The notes under the pieces: model-generated
What the model was told of the DNA's origin: nothing
The model's database searches: none
The model's input: only the letters and a program-made list of their open reading frames with translations
Made by a program: the position numbers and the translations under genes
In this document: positions 39,260 to 51,899 of the stretch, in pieces
Layout of the letters: each line of letters starts with the position of its first letter
How positions within the stretch are numbered: the first letter of the stretch is position 1
From: Octopus bimaculoides
Lineage: Eukaryota
Assembly: GCF_001194135.2 (NCBI RefSeq)
Contig: NC_068996.1
Span: 51,819,719-51,883,718 of the forward strand
Direction: 5' to 3'
DNA length: 64,000 nucleotides

Positions 39260-39266
<7 letters not shown>
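39003..39266. mobile_element. Fold-back/MITE-like element, ~115-bp arms, within (TA)n
   Basis: 39051-39119 is the exact reverse complement of 39150-39218; outer arms imperfect; 30-nt spacer. Confidence 0.9.
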
Positions 39267-39291
<25 letters not shown>

Positions 39292-39426
39292 TAAAAATTA
39301 ATTTACAAAGGTACCGTTAATTCTATTATTATCCAATGTCACCAGCTTAAGAAAGATAATAACAGAATCAATGATACAGGCGACAGCAGGCCAAAAAATA
39401 GCATTAAATAGCTGAGGGATTAAAAT

Positions 39427-39708
39427 TAAAATTAATCAAAGGACATACTAAGTATGTCTACCTGCTTGAAATAACAGTCAAAACTCGATATTAAATCGCC
39501 AAAAAATACACTGGTTAAGGTATATTATGCCAATGCAGAAACTAGTCCACGTAAATCCAAATATTTAAATGTATGTAAGTAGATTGTCTTAACCAAATTT
39601 GCCTTCGTTTAATTTCTGTAGTAATCACCAGTGTATTTTTTGGTGATTTAATAATGAGTTTTGACTGTTATTTCAAGCAGGTAGACATACTTAGTATGTC
39701 CTTTGATC

Positions 39709-39715
<7 letters not shown>
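39427..39715. mobile_element. Second fold-back/MITE-like element, ~89-bp arms, ~110-nt spacer
   Basis: atcaaaggacatactaagtatgtctacctgcttgaaataacagtcaaaactc is exactly inverted at ~39656-39708. Confidence 0.9.
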
Positions 39716-39754
<39 letters not shown>

Positions 39755-41400
39755 GACACATGACAACAAATAATTTTTGCCTCTTTGTATGGTGACAAAA
39801 GGGTTTATAGGACTGCAATATATATATTATGTAGTTAGGGTTAAAATCCAAGCTGTGTCGTCTCAAAGTGCAGCTGCATATTTTAGTATTCCAAATCTGT
39901 ATATAGATGCTATATTTGTGTGAGGTATAAAGGAGCTGTAGATACTGGAAAATATTCTCTGCATTGTAATAATATTTAAACAGGAGATTGGAAAATAACA
40001 AAAACATTTTCCAATCTCCTGTTATGATATATATATAAATGACAAGCTTCTTTTAGTTTCCGTCTCCAAAATCCACTTACAAAGCTTTGCTTGGCTCAAG
40101 ACTATTATAGAGGATACCATGCAGTAGAACTGAACCCAAAACCATATGGTTGGGAAGCAAACTTAGTATCACATAGTCATATCTGCCAATTTTTGCAGAG
40201 ATCTTGCATCATTTTCTCCTTATCTGAGACAGCTCTGTATGTAATACCATTGATGATAAAGCCACAACATTTGCTTCCAACCATTCTGTATGCACATCTA
40301 CATACACATATATGCATATACAAGCACATTTATACACATAAACACTGTTTTAATGAGGAAGAAAGAGAACTTAGGTGTAGGTAGTAAAAAAATGTTTCAA
40401 ATTTAAGAATTGAAGATGAAAGATTGATGCAAAAGTCAAGAGAAGAGTAATAGGTGGAATCAGAAGTTTGGTAAATAACGTCAATGGAACAAAGGAAAAT
40501 AAGAATTCAAGAAGGAATGTGGAAAGAGTAATAATGGAATAAAGGTAAAGAAAGGTGAAAGAAAGAAAACAGTAAGAGGAAAAAAGGAGAGACAAAGGCA
40601 TCTAAAAAAAAACTTGTTTGAGGATAAAGGCACTTATAGTCTTCGTTTAGAATGACTGATTTTAATTAATCAGTAATTTATTTAACTAATTTATTTAACT
40701 AGTGAAAGAATCATGTATTCACAGTGAAAACAGTCATAAAGTAACCATAGAAAGATATATTTACTTCCATTTAATATTTTGCAATAATAATAAAGATATA
40801 AAATGCATATAACAATGAGTGTGTGTGTGTGTGTATTTGTGTGTGTACGTTGGTCTATGTGAATGTATGTGTGTGTATGTGTAAGCGTCTGTGTGTGTGT
40901 ATGTGTATGTGAATGTGTGTGTGTTAGTGTGTGTGTGAGTAAATGTACATGTAGTGTGAGGGCGCGCGTACGTGTGAGTGTGTGTGTGTGCGCATGTGAG
41001 TGTGTGTGTGTTTACAATTACAATGTACCTATCCCATTGTAATTGTTTTTGTCCCAACACATAATCTCAGACCCAAACTGCTTGCCAAACAAATAAGATT
41101 CATGAAATAAAATAATCTGTGGGCAAACTTTAGGTTGAGTTACAGAAGTGAAAAAAATCTTTCTTTATCTTCTGCTCAATTCACCTCATGTAACTTATTT
41201 CAGATGCCAAAGCTACAATTAGGAAAAATATTTCTTCCTTGTTTCTGTTTAGGTGTAAAGCAAGCTGTTTTTCAACATTTAAGAACATACATAAACCAAC
41301 TTCAGGCCAATCTACATATAGAATACTTCCTCCACATATAAATAATGTTCTTTGAATGTCTCTAAAAATATTGGAGAGAATCCAAGTAAACAGTTCTTAC

Positions 41401-41483
41401 ATTGGTGGAAGTTTCTATTATACCAGACCAAATAGCGGCTTCTATTTCACCATTCAACATTCTCCTATTTTTTTTTTTAATAT
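41401..41483 (-). CDS. Weak candidate exon (83 nt)
   Basis: tttttgttag|...|gtaaga with open frame IKKKNRRMLNGEIEAAIWSGIIETSTN; no recognised homology. Confidence 0.25.
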
Positions 41484-41901
41484 CTAACAAAAATGGTATC
41501 CGCTTCCAGATGCCATTCTCTTTCATTTCACCTACCAACTATTTCAGTTATGCTAGTAATCAAATTGTAGCAAATACTGATGCTTTTGTTTTTTTGTGGC
41601 TAGCAATTTCATTTTGTTTTTGTTGCTTTTTTGTTGTTTTTCTTTTCCAAAGTGTTGTGATTTATTAAATATTTTCAGTAGAATAAAGAATGAGTGTTTA
41701 TCTATTTCTCCTAAATATGACATATTTTTTATACAAAAGTAATAAACTAGATTGCGTGAATAACAGTGAGCATATTTTTTTTAAACTGATAATCTATACG
41801 TATATATATATGTGTGTGTAAATACATACACACACACATTATACATAACTACAGATATACACACACATAAATATACATACATATATATGTGTATATATGT
41901 A

Positions 41902-42257
41902 TGAGGGAGAGTAAAAAATTATACGCACACTTGTTTTTTCAATGTATTTACACAAAAACAGGGGATAAAAAAGTACATAATTTTTCTATATAGTCTCCTT
42001 CCTTTTCGATGCACTTGGTCCAGCGGTTCACAAGTTTACCTATTCCCTCCACAAAGAAGGTTTCCAGTTGGTCGTGCAACCATTTATGCACTGCTTCTTT
42101 CACATCTTCATCCGTAGGAAATTGATGACCTCATAAACCATCTTTGAGCAGTTCAAAGATATGATAGTCAGAAGGGGTGAGATCTGGGCTGTAGGCAGGG
42201 TGTTCCAGCACCTCAAAACCCAATTGGTTGATGGTATCAATCATCTGGGCAGCCATG
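41902..42257 (-). mobile_element. Mariner transposase C-terminal fragment with one TIR
   Basis: LGFEVLEHPAYSPDLTPSDYHIF...FPTDEDVKEAVHKWL...GIGKLVNRWTKCIEKEGDY; end TA|TGAGGG. Confidence 0.9.
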
Positions 42258-42689
42258 CTTACTTGAGTTGGATGGTTTGAAAGGAGCTAGCAATCTAGAG
42301 AACATTATGTTTTCAAATTTTAAGCAACAATATGCTGATGTCAGTAGGTGTTCTAATCAAAGCAAACTATTAGTCAATCCTTTGATGGTGTGAGTTCTTT
42401 ATTTGGAATTCCACTTTTTTCGTTTGTCAAGAATTATATTGAACATTTCCAAACAATGCACTACAGTTTCAAATTTTAGTTAGGGACACATTGCATGTGC
42501 ATGCAATATGTTGTTTTAATTTCAGGTGGCAAAATGGCAGAATCATTAATACACTGGACAAAATGCTTAGCAACATTTCTTCTGACTTTGTGATCTGAGT
42601 TTGGGGGGGGGGGTGTAATCAACTTACTTACTCCCCACCAAATTCCTGACCTTGTGCCAAAATTTGAAACCAATATGTTAAGTTTATTA

Positions 42690-44480
42690 AGTTGTAGTCT
42701 ATATTTTTTAATAAACATGTTTTCTTCATTTATTCATATTTGATCTGTAATTTTATCAGAAGAAAGATAAGTGGGGAAGACTAGGAATTTCAGGGTGTTC
42801 TTTGTTGCCCAAAGGTGTTCACTTGGAGGAATCTGTCTGATGTTAGGGTCCCATATTAGCTGCTGATGAATTGTAAGTGCAGTTCTCAAAGAGAGCTTTG
42901 TTTGTTCTATGTAATCTTCATTATAACCTTTACACCTAATAGAATAAATTAACTATTTTAGTATCACCATGCAATGTGATGGAGAAGGCCTTGAAGGCCA
43001 CAGCAAGTCACAAAGCACAAAACCTGGATGGTATTTCTTGAGATGTGCTCAAAAATTCAGCAATGAGTTGTTGAGGCTGTAAACACTTGCCATTCTAATA
43101 AGGACGCCCTGATAATCACCATTTACAAAAATATCTTGATGAAATATCTTGATTTGAATTTCTTGTAGAAGGTAGATGCCAGTTTTGCAGTTGGAAAGCA
43201 ATTTGGTTGTTCAGAAACTTCTCTGCTGCTTTTGCTTTCAATTGCTTTAAATACTTCAAGTGCACTTCTCATTGTTGAATCTTGCTTCAATAATGGGGTG
43301 TTTTATGGATAACATTATATGGTTCTGTTTCCATTGGGTTGTGTGTTGTTTTATAAGTAGTTCTTAACTGAGTTCCATACGATCCTTGAGGGTCCAAATA
43401 AGATAGTTTTTGTTAAAATTTAATTGCTATAAATTAGTTTTACTTCTACAATATACAAAATATTTTAACAATTTTTTAAATACAATTCTTAATAATATTT
43501 AATAATAAAGACAATACAATTTTTTTCAGCATAGAATGGTTCTGTGAGTTGGAGTGGCTGTTTCAACACATTTTTCTTGCAATCCTTCAGGGCAACACCT
43601 TTTCCATTTTGTCTGCTTGGACCATGATGTGGTCTGAATTATAAAAAATTGTACATTCCACTCTTTGATGTAGAATTAGTCCATGTAATGTATTAACATT
43701 GTATGATAAAGTAAACTAAAAAAAAAAAAGAAAAAAGAGAAGTAAAAAAAAAAACTTTAAATATTGCTGCTGGCCCCTTTATATTTTTTATATTTTTACT
43801 TAAAAGTTTAAATTAAAACATTCAAGGGTCCACCTGAGTAAAACAGGAATCAAAGGGGTCCATAAATTAAAAATGGTTGCAAACCACTAATGAGCTAGAG
43901 TATTCACTGCACTGGAATTGTTTTTTGTTCTTTGTAATTCTTGAATGTCCATTGCTTTGGCACATTCTATTCCATTATCAATTAACATTGTTAGGTATTG
44001 TCCATTAAGTAGTATTTGTTTTAGTTCTTGGAGTCTTTTATTCCTCCTTTCCAGATTCGAAACAATTGAACATATTCTTGTTAGATTTAATGGTATATTT
44101 ATTTTGGTGTGTTTTGGGTGGCATGAAGTGTATAGTAAGTATTGTTTGGAATTTGTTGGTTTGTTGTGAATGTCAGTTTCAATGTTTGAGTCTTTTGGTG
44201 ATTAAAATTTCCAGGAAAGATATTTGATTGTGACTGTATTCCATTGTCAAATGTACAATGTTCTTTATCTTATTAATTAGGGTTTCGAAATCATTAAGTA
44301 GAATAAGATAGTCATCTAAGTAACGTTTCTAAGTTTGTAATAGCTATTTATGGAAGTTGATACCATACATTAGTTGAGACTGTTCATTCATTTAAATCTC
44401 TAGGAATTCCATGACTAAATTCAGATAAGTATATAGCAGACTACTATGTTTGATGTTGTCCAAATTCTAATGAAAGAGTT
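42690..44480 (-). mobile_element. Penelope-like element (RT plus GIY-YIG), decayed and split by a hAT MITE
   Basis: RYLDDYLIL...LTMEYSHNQISFLEILI; THNP; EDYIEQT..SLR..LTIHQQLIWDP..RQIPPSEHL...ENMFIKKYRLQLN. Confidence 0.8.
43355..43889. mobile_element. hAT-type non-autonomous element nested in the PLE
   Basis: Ends agtagttcttaactgagttcc and ggttgcaaaccact resemble CAGTGGTT(C/T)..AAC hAT termini; PLE translation resumes on both sides. Confidence 0.55.
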
Positions 44481-45171
44481 GTTTCTGGGCTAAAAACTAG
44501 CTCTATCTCTATTGGTGAGAAATGTGAAGAATAAAATCAAGAACAAACATACAAATATACACACACGCATGCATGCATGCACATACACGTGCACACACAC
44601 ACACATACACACACACATGGAGCTTCTATACCCAGATTATAAATTCATATTTATACTAATATTAATTAGTACACTTGGTTTTTGTGAGTAAATGCCTAAG
44701 AAGAAACCTGGATAAGCTTGGATTTTCAGAAAAAGAAATCAACCAACCTGTTTGCACATTATGAATGCAATCTGTAAGCGGAACAGTAAAACCATGCAAG
44801 ACTTTTCCCAGCTTTAAAATATGACATTGTTTTCATTATCCACGTTCCAATGATGGAGCTTAGTATCTTTGTTAGAAACCAGCACTTTCCACAGAGGAAT
44901 AATTTAAATGATTAAGAAGAAAACAGAACACACACACACGTGCACACACACACACACATACATACATACATGCACACATAAATACATAATACATACATGA
45001 ATTCATATTTAATGTCCTCCTTCCATGCTCTCACGGGTTGGATGATTTGAAAAGAGTTGAGGAACCAGAGGTCTGTACCAAGCTCTACTGTCTGCTTTGG
45101 CGAGGCTTCTACAGCTGGAAGCCTTTACAGAGTGTACTGCGTGGTTTTTATGTAGCATTACCACCAATACT

Positions 45172-45216
<45 letters not shown>

Positions 45217-45449
45217 TCATCATCATCATCGTTTAACGTCCGCTTTCCATGCTAGCATGGGTTGGACGATTTGACTGAGGACTGGTGAAACCGGATGGCA
45301 ACACCAGGCTCCAGTCTGATTTGGCAGAGTTTCTACAGCTGGATGCCCTTCCTAACGCCAACCACTCAGAGAGGATATATATATATATATATATATGCAT
45401 ATGTATATATATGGGGGAGGGGGAGGTGAGCAACTTTATTTAAATTTTG

Positions 45450-47085
45450 TGCAAACAAGATACTCTGCAAAGCTGACTGGAAATTGGTTCAAAGAGAAAT
45501 TCTCATACAAAATTGACTCAAAAGTTTCTCTGAGCAAATCATAAACTGGAAACTCAAAGAATTTATGTCAATAATGCAAACTATATGCATTAAATTTGTC
45601 CCTTAGAGAAGGGCCAATATGCACAATGTTGTTCCTCAAGATGGGAGAGTCCTTATGAAACAAAGAGTAAAGATCTCAAATTATTTAATCAAACAACTTA
45701 ATGGCAGCAAGAAGTCTCACCTGAAATGAGAGCAAAAATGCACTCAGACTCTCCCACAAAGAAGAAAAGGGAGAAAGAGAAATGAGGACAGTTGAAAATA
45801 TATAAAAATCTCTAAAGCCTTCTACAAAATTGTAAAAGAATCTACGTTGGTGTGCTACAAGATATGGTCACTGATTGAAGAAAATATCTCACTGACTACA
45901 GACTGTGAGGATAAGTGAAATACTAAATAAACAATTCCAAAGTATTTTCATTTCCTAACTGGAAGATATGGAAATAGGCAAGGCAGATCAATTCTTCAAC
46001 ACTACAGATCTACACAAGAAAGTGGCAACCATCAATTACATTGACACAAAAGCAGAACTTGTAATATCAGCCATTGAGGAGATGAACTTGAATTCATCAG
46101 CAGTCCCTGATGTTTTTCGAGTTATTTTTTTTAAAGCCAAGCAAAAAAAGCTCTCAAAAAACCTCTGTGGATACTTTCCCAAAGCTTTCTCACATGCAGC
46201 AAACTTCTAAAATTGTTAAAAAGAGTGAGCAGAGCAGATACTGAGAATTACAGACTATCTATCAGACCTCACATGTCTGCAAAGTCAGGAAACACATTGT
46301 CAGAAAGAAGCTAATTATGTTTCTAGAAGAATATGACTTTCTCACTACCACACAGCATGGCCTCTGTTGGTGGGGAGCTGTCTTGTACAACTATTAGAGT
46401 TTTATGACTAGGTATTAAAACAACAATTGTTCATAAGTGGAAATAATATATTCAAACATTTGTTAAAGCTTTCAACAAAGTTGATCACAGGATATGTCAC
46501 AAACTGTGTTACTTTGTTGGTATTGCTGGAAAACTTGGGGAGTAGCTGCATAACATTTTAGGTGATAGGGGTCAGACAGGTGCAGCCAATGATACTCTTT
46601 CTGGGGAGACATCAATACCAAGTGGAGTCCCTCTGATTGTGGTGGATCTCTCTCTCTCTCAGACATACCATCAGTTATAAAGTCAACTACTGTCATCAGC
46701 TATGCTGATGGTACCTGAAAACTAGAAAAATCTGACAATACAAAATACAACTGGGCTGAAGAAAGCAATATGCGGTACAATGCTGACAAGTTTTAAGCAC
46801 TCTGCCACCAGCCCACAAACTGGTTGCAATCAGAATACACAAAACCAATGGATATTGCAATACCAGGGTCAGCATTGGTACATGACATGAGAATCCACAT
46901 GAGTGGTGATGCATCATTCCATGTGCATATTACTAAGATGGCCACAATGTGCTGGCAACTGATTAGTTGAATTCTAAGATCATCCAGAATACGGATTAAG
47001 GAAGCCACGTTGCTCCCATGGAGAACATTTGCATTCATTTACCTGGATTTCTGCTCCCCAGTTATGATCGTGGCAAAGTGTGAAA
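45450..47085 (+). mobile_element. CR1-like LINE RT remnant
   Basis: AIEEMNLNSSAVPD, ENYR, QHG, KAFNKVDH, SGVP, SYADG, WAEESNMRYNADKF and LDFCSP, in the expected order with frameshifts. Confidence 0.8.
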
Positions 47086-47335
47086 TTAACATCACATCCC
47101 AGGGAGAAAAACTAAAAGTAGTTGAGAGCTTCTGTTACCTTGGGGACCAAGTCAGTAGCTCTGAAAGTGTAGCGGCTAGAATAAGAATAGCCTGGGCAAA
47201 GTTCAGAGAACTCCTACCTCTGCTGGTGACAAAGGGCCTCTTGCTCAGAGTAAAAGGTAGACTGTATGATGCATGTGTACGAAAAGCCATGCTACATGGC
47301 AGTGAAACATGGGCTGTAACTACTGAGGACATGTG
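47086..47335 (+). mobile_element. RTE LINE fragment
   Basis: VVESFCYLGD...RIRIAWAKFRELLPLL...KGRLYDACVRKAMLHGSETWA. Confidence 0.92.
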
Positions 47336-47739
47336 TAACACATCAATAAGACATGTGTTTGGTTTCTTTCTTTTCCTGATGAAAAGAATGCATTGTTTTA
47401 CACCATTTTATTCCTTCTGGAGTAATACCAATGTTTTCTTTGAAACATATGTCCGAAGTAAAAGATTTGAATAACACCTGCAAAGACCTGATGGGGCAAG
47501 TGAGATCGAAACTGAACCAAATTCGATGACTAGCACCTGTGCCAGTAGAGCGCTAACTGCACCATCTGAGCGGGATCACTGCCAGAGCAGCGGTCTTGAT
47601 TCCATGCCGGTGGCACGTAAAAGGCACCATTTGAGCATGATCGTCTCCAGCTTCGCCTTACTGGCACTTGTGCTGGTGGCATGTGAACAAAACATTGGAC
47701 TGACTCCTGTGCAGGTGGCATATAAAAAAACACCATTTA

Positions 47740-47985
47740 AGCATGGCTGTTGCCAGTACTGCCAGACTGGCCCTCATGCCAGACTGGCCCTCATGCCAGT
47801 AGCACGTAAAAAGCACCCACTACACTCTCGGAGTGGTTGGCGTTAGGAAGGGCATATAGCTGTAGAAACTCTGCCAGATCAGATTGGAGTCTGTTGTAAC
47901 CATCTGGTTCGCCAGTCCTCAGTCAAATCGGCCAACCCATGCTAGCATGGAAAGCGGACGTTAAATGATGATGATAATGATGATA
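47740..47985 (+). mobile_element. SINE family B
   Basis: Same motifs as 24112-24380, with a (GAT)n tail. Confidence 0.88.
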
Positions 47986-47989
47986 TATA

Positions 47990-48060
47990 AGTGCAGGAGT
48001 GGGTCTGTGGTAGGTAACTTGCTTACCAATCACATGGTTCTGGGTTCAGTNNNNNNNNNN

Positions 48061-48109
<49 letters not shown>

Positions 48110-48330
48110 TATGTATATGTTTGTGTGTCTGTGTTTGTACTCCCACAATCGCTTGACAACCGATGTTGGTGTGTTTACATCCCCATATCAGGGGTTTGGC
48201 AAAAGAGACCAATAGAATATGTACTGGGCTTCAAAGAATAAGTCCTGGGTCGATTTGTTTGACTAAAGGTGGTGCTCCAGCATGGCTGCAGTTAAAATGA
48301 CTGAAACAAATAAAAGAGTAAAAGAGTGTG
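47990..48330 (+). mobile_element. SINE family A, internally deleted or gapped
   Basis: gtgcaggagtggg...ggttctgggttcagt head and ggtggtgctccagcatggc...taaaagagtaaaagag tail. Confidence 0.85.
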
Positions 48331-48394
48331 TGTTGACCGTTGACCGAACACTATTCAATTTTTTTTCTCCGTGTTTTTCTCCTTGTCTCCGTAT

Positions 48395-48431
48395 TCTTTC
48401 TGTTGAAGAGCGTAGCTCGAAACGTCAAAGA
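48395..48431 (+). ncRNA. Minimal type I hammerhead ribozyme motif (A6U core variant)
   Basis: TCTTT-CTGTTGA-A-GAGC(GTA)GCTC-GAAA-CGT-C-AAAGA: stems I and II, loopless palindromic stem III (ACGT), GUC site. Confidence 0.7.
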
Positions 48432-48560
48432 CTTTCCGTATTCCCGAGCGTCATACTAATATATCCTTTTGTTATTTACACCACCTGTCCTCGTCTGTTG
48501 TTATTATTTGTATATTCTCCCATATATATATGTATATATATATATATATGTATATATGTG

Positions 48561-48596
<36 letters not shown>

Positions 48597-48699
48597 TACA
48601 TATACATACGTACATACATACATCCATATATATAGATATATATATAGACACGCACACATCTATGTGTGTGTGTGTGTTTAATGAATAATTGACAGAAGT

Positions 48700-50000
48700 T
48701 TCAAAGTGGCTCAAGGGCCGAGAGTTTCATGCATTGGACTTATCAGATTGCTAAGCGTTAACGCACGAAACTTTTTCCCCTCGAGTCATTGTGGAACTTG
48801 TGCCAATTATCAATAAAAAAAACCACACACATATATAGCCATGTTTTGTGTACTATTTTCCTGTATACACCTCATCAAACCTCTGTGCGTGTACGTAAAA
48901 ACATATATATATATAAACATGACAGTATATATATTTCATTCAAACACACACATATATATATATATATATATACGTGCACATGCACAGGCGCAATAAAAAC
49001 ACATTATCTAGTTTGTTTTGGTTTTGTCATTAAATAATTGTGCATTAATCCGTGTAATTAAGATATATTAATTTCTTTTTGTCAGTTATTTATATTGCAC
49101 CTATAACATCAAATATATTTTTATAAAAACGAAACAAGTACTTCATAAAAAAAAACAAAGAAAAAAACTAACTAAATATGGATTTAAGAAAATGGAAATA
49201 TAAATAGTATTCGTGTTCCACGTTTATATCTGTTTCCTGAATACATTAGCGGTACCAGGAAAGTAAATCTAATCATTTATGAAATTTTGGTCTTCCATAC
49301 TAAACTGTAGATATTCTTATAATCAGACGTTGTAATGGAAAAATCCCAGCTTTGTGGAACTTTCTAATAACCGCTTCTTCGCTCTCATAATCACTTGATT
49401 TTTGTTAAGTTGCTATCTTTGTTATTTGTTTTAATTGTTGTACATATTTTATTCCATTAAAGTCCTGTTTTCGAAGTCTTTCGCATTTGCATTTGCTTTG
49501 CCCATTCAAACCGTTTTTACCTTTTACACATTTTCATTTTCTTTATAAAATCATTCTTTATATTTCAATCGCTTTGTTCTCTCTCTCTCTTTTTATCTTT
49601 ATTTATCTCTCTCACTCTCTTTCCCTCTCTCTGTATACACACATATACAGGAGAAATTTTAGTCAACTGCATGTTTTGTTTTGTTGTTTTTATATAATTA
49701 AAAACGTGAATAATATAATGACGCACGTGGACGTGCGTGCGTGCGTACTTGTGTATATTTCGCTATTAAAGAAGAACCCGAAAACAAGATGATTCGGAAA
49801 ATTTCGTGAGGTAAATCTCTATGAATGAATGGCCGGCAGATGGGTGAAAGAGTTGGGCGAGGGATAGACTGGAGAACGAAAAGACAAACGGACGGACAGA
49901 GGAAAGGATACTTTATTCAATTATGCTTGCGCTTCTGATCACCAGCAGCACGTTTCGTAATATTTAAATCTATATCTGATAGAATGGACGATGAATAATA
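48700..50000. promoter_or_regulatory. CpG-retaining, putatively unmethylated promoter region with candidate + strand 5' exon donor GAG|GTAAAT at 49810/49811
   Basis: Dense CpG in non-repeat sequence (gacgcacgtggacgtgcgtgcgtgcg; ttcgct; ccggc) against CpG-poor flanks; judged by eye. Confidence 0.45.
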
Positions 50001-50029
50001 TTGCTTTTGGATATGTAATTACAACTAGA

Positions 50030-50650
50030 GGAAATTAAACAGGAGTGTCTCCAGCAACAGAATTGATTTGCATGCACTTTCTGTTTTGTAAACACTTGCC
50101 CAAGCTGGTGCTGCCGAGAAGTTTGTGAGCGCTATAATATTGTTAGTGATATTTAGTGTTTCTTTTAGAATTTGAATGCGTGTTTGAACTTCAGGTGGCT
50201 TCAAGCAAAAAACCAAATCGGCGACCTGCTGTTTGGCAACGACAGTGTCCTCAGCGCTCCTTCCAGAGGCTGATATGCTTGCGGTATAGTATTGACAAGT
50301 TCTCTAACGCTTGTAACAAAGTACAATCTGACGATGAGTAAGTACAAGGACCGAAATGTTGCATCAGCTTGTTCCAGGAAACACGAAACTGAACGGAACG
50401 TCTTCACCAACAAGCAACAACCAAATGTGGTGGATAAGTTCACCTACCTTGAGAGCAAACGCTCCTGACCTGTTGTCGTTGTTGACAAAGTGACTGCTAG
50501 GCTCACGAAGGCTAGTACTGCCATTGGCAGCCACTACAAGAATGTGTGGAACAGACGAGAGATGCCGCTTGAGAGATAAAGATCCAGATGTACCTGGCAT
50601 TATTTCTTCTCATCATGCTGTTCTGTGACTGTGAAGCATGCAGTGCCTTA
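50030..50650 (+). mobile_element. RTE (BovB-like) RT remnant
   Basis: DLLFGND, FSNAC, VDKFTYLES, VTARLTKASTAIG..KNVWNRR with frameshifts. Confidence 0.8.
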
Positions 50651-50779
50651 CCAATGGTTTGGAAGGTAAACTGAACCACTTCCATACCAACTACTTCAGA
50701 AAAACTTTTGACGTTAAGTAGCAAGACAGGATTCTTGATACAGAAATATCCTCTCATGCTGAATTACCTTGCTTATACA

Positions 50780-51860
50780 TCCACATAATTCTGATGCAGT
50801 GAATTCATGAAAAGCAGGTTTACAACCCTCACACTTGATACTGAAAGTGGAATGACTGTCTTAAATGTTATAGACATTTCTAATAGAATATTCCAAAGTG
50901 ACAGTCTTTCTCTGCTTCTTATTTTAGTCCTATATTTACTATTATTTCTTTTTCAAAAATCTACCAGTCATGTTCTAGGGTCTACAACAGCAAGAAACAC
51001 TACTGTAACTCATAATTTCTCTTTTGGATGATCTAAAGATCTATGCTCAAAATGCTTACAAACACTGACAAACTGCTGGATTACAATCACAACCTTTTCA
51101 GCTGTTATAGGCTCGGAATTTGCCGCTTCCCTACCCAAATCCATATTTAAAATCTGCATATAGAAAAACTGTCCACAACCAATATTTTTGCATCAATGAC
51201 ACCCCTCTCTATCTGTGTCTCTCTTTTTATCTGTCTGTCTCCCTCTTCTCTCTCTCTCTCTGTCCCTTTCTCTCTTTTTTATTCTCTCTGTTTCTCTCTT
51301 CTGTCCCACACAATGAATGCTACAAATACCTACCAATGCATTGATGGAAATAATTCACACATAGGTATTGTGAACAACTATTGAGTAACCGAAGAATACT
51401 AGACTAAAAACACGATAGAACAGTCACAGCTTTCCTCTTACAATAGCACAAGATCCCACAATGCATTTGTACTACCAGCACTGATACCAATATTTGGGAT
51501 ATAACCTATAGAGGAAACCCATTCCATCAACATAAAATCCCACAAAATCCTGACATGAACAATTTCCAGAGAAAGTGATGTTAACAGATTATCTCAGAAG
51601 AAAAGAGAGAGAGACATGGGCTTGAAATCAATTTAATCAGTATTTAAATGTCATGGTGTTACTCAGATGGTACCGGCTAAACAATAGCAACAAAAGTAAA
51701 TACATCAACAGCAAGTTCCTGCAGACCAGTAGTAAATTCCTCAAGAAGCATTCATTTCCTGATGATTTCCCATGTGAACCAGGAAGTGCAGGACCAACAT
51801 ACCTCAGCAAACACTTGGAACACTAACACTCTACAAAAGGCTGTGCATAAGAATATTTCC
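50780..51860 (+). mobile_element. Old R4/Dong-clade RT remnant interrupted by a CT microsatellite
   Basis: RIFQSDSLSLLL...DDLKIYAQN, followed by decayed AFVLPALIPIFGI and SDVNRL motifs. Confidence 0.7.
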
Positions 51861-51899
51861 TGTAAACTTGGAGAGGATGATAATATTCTTTTTACTAAT

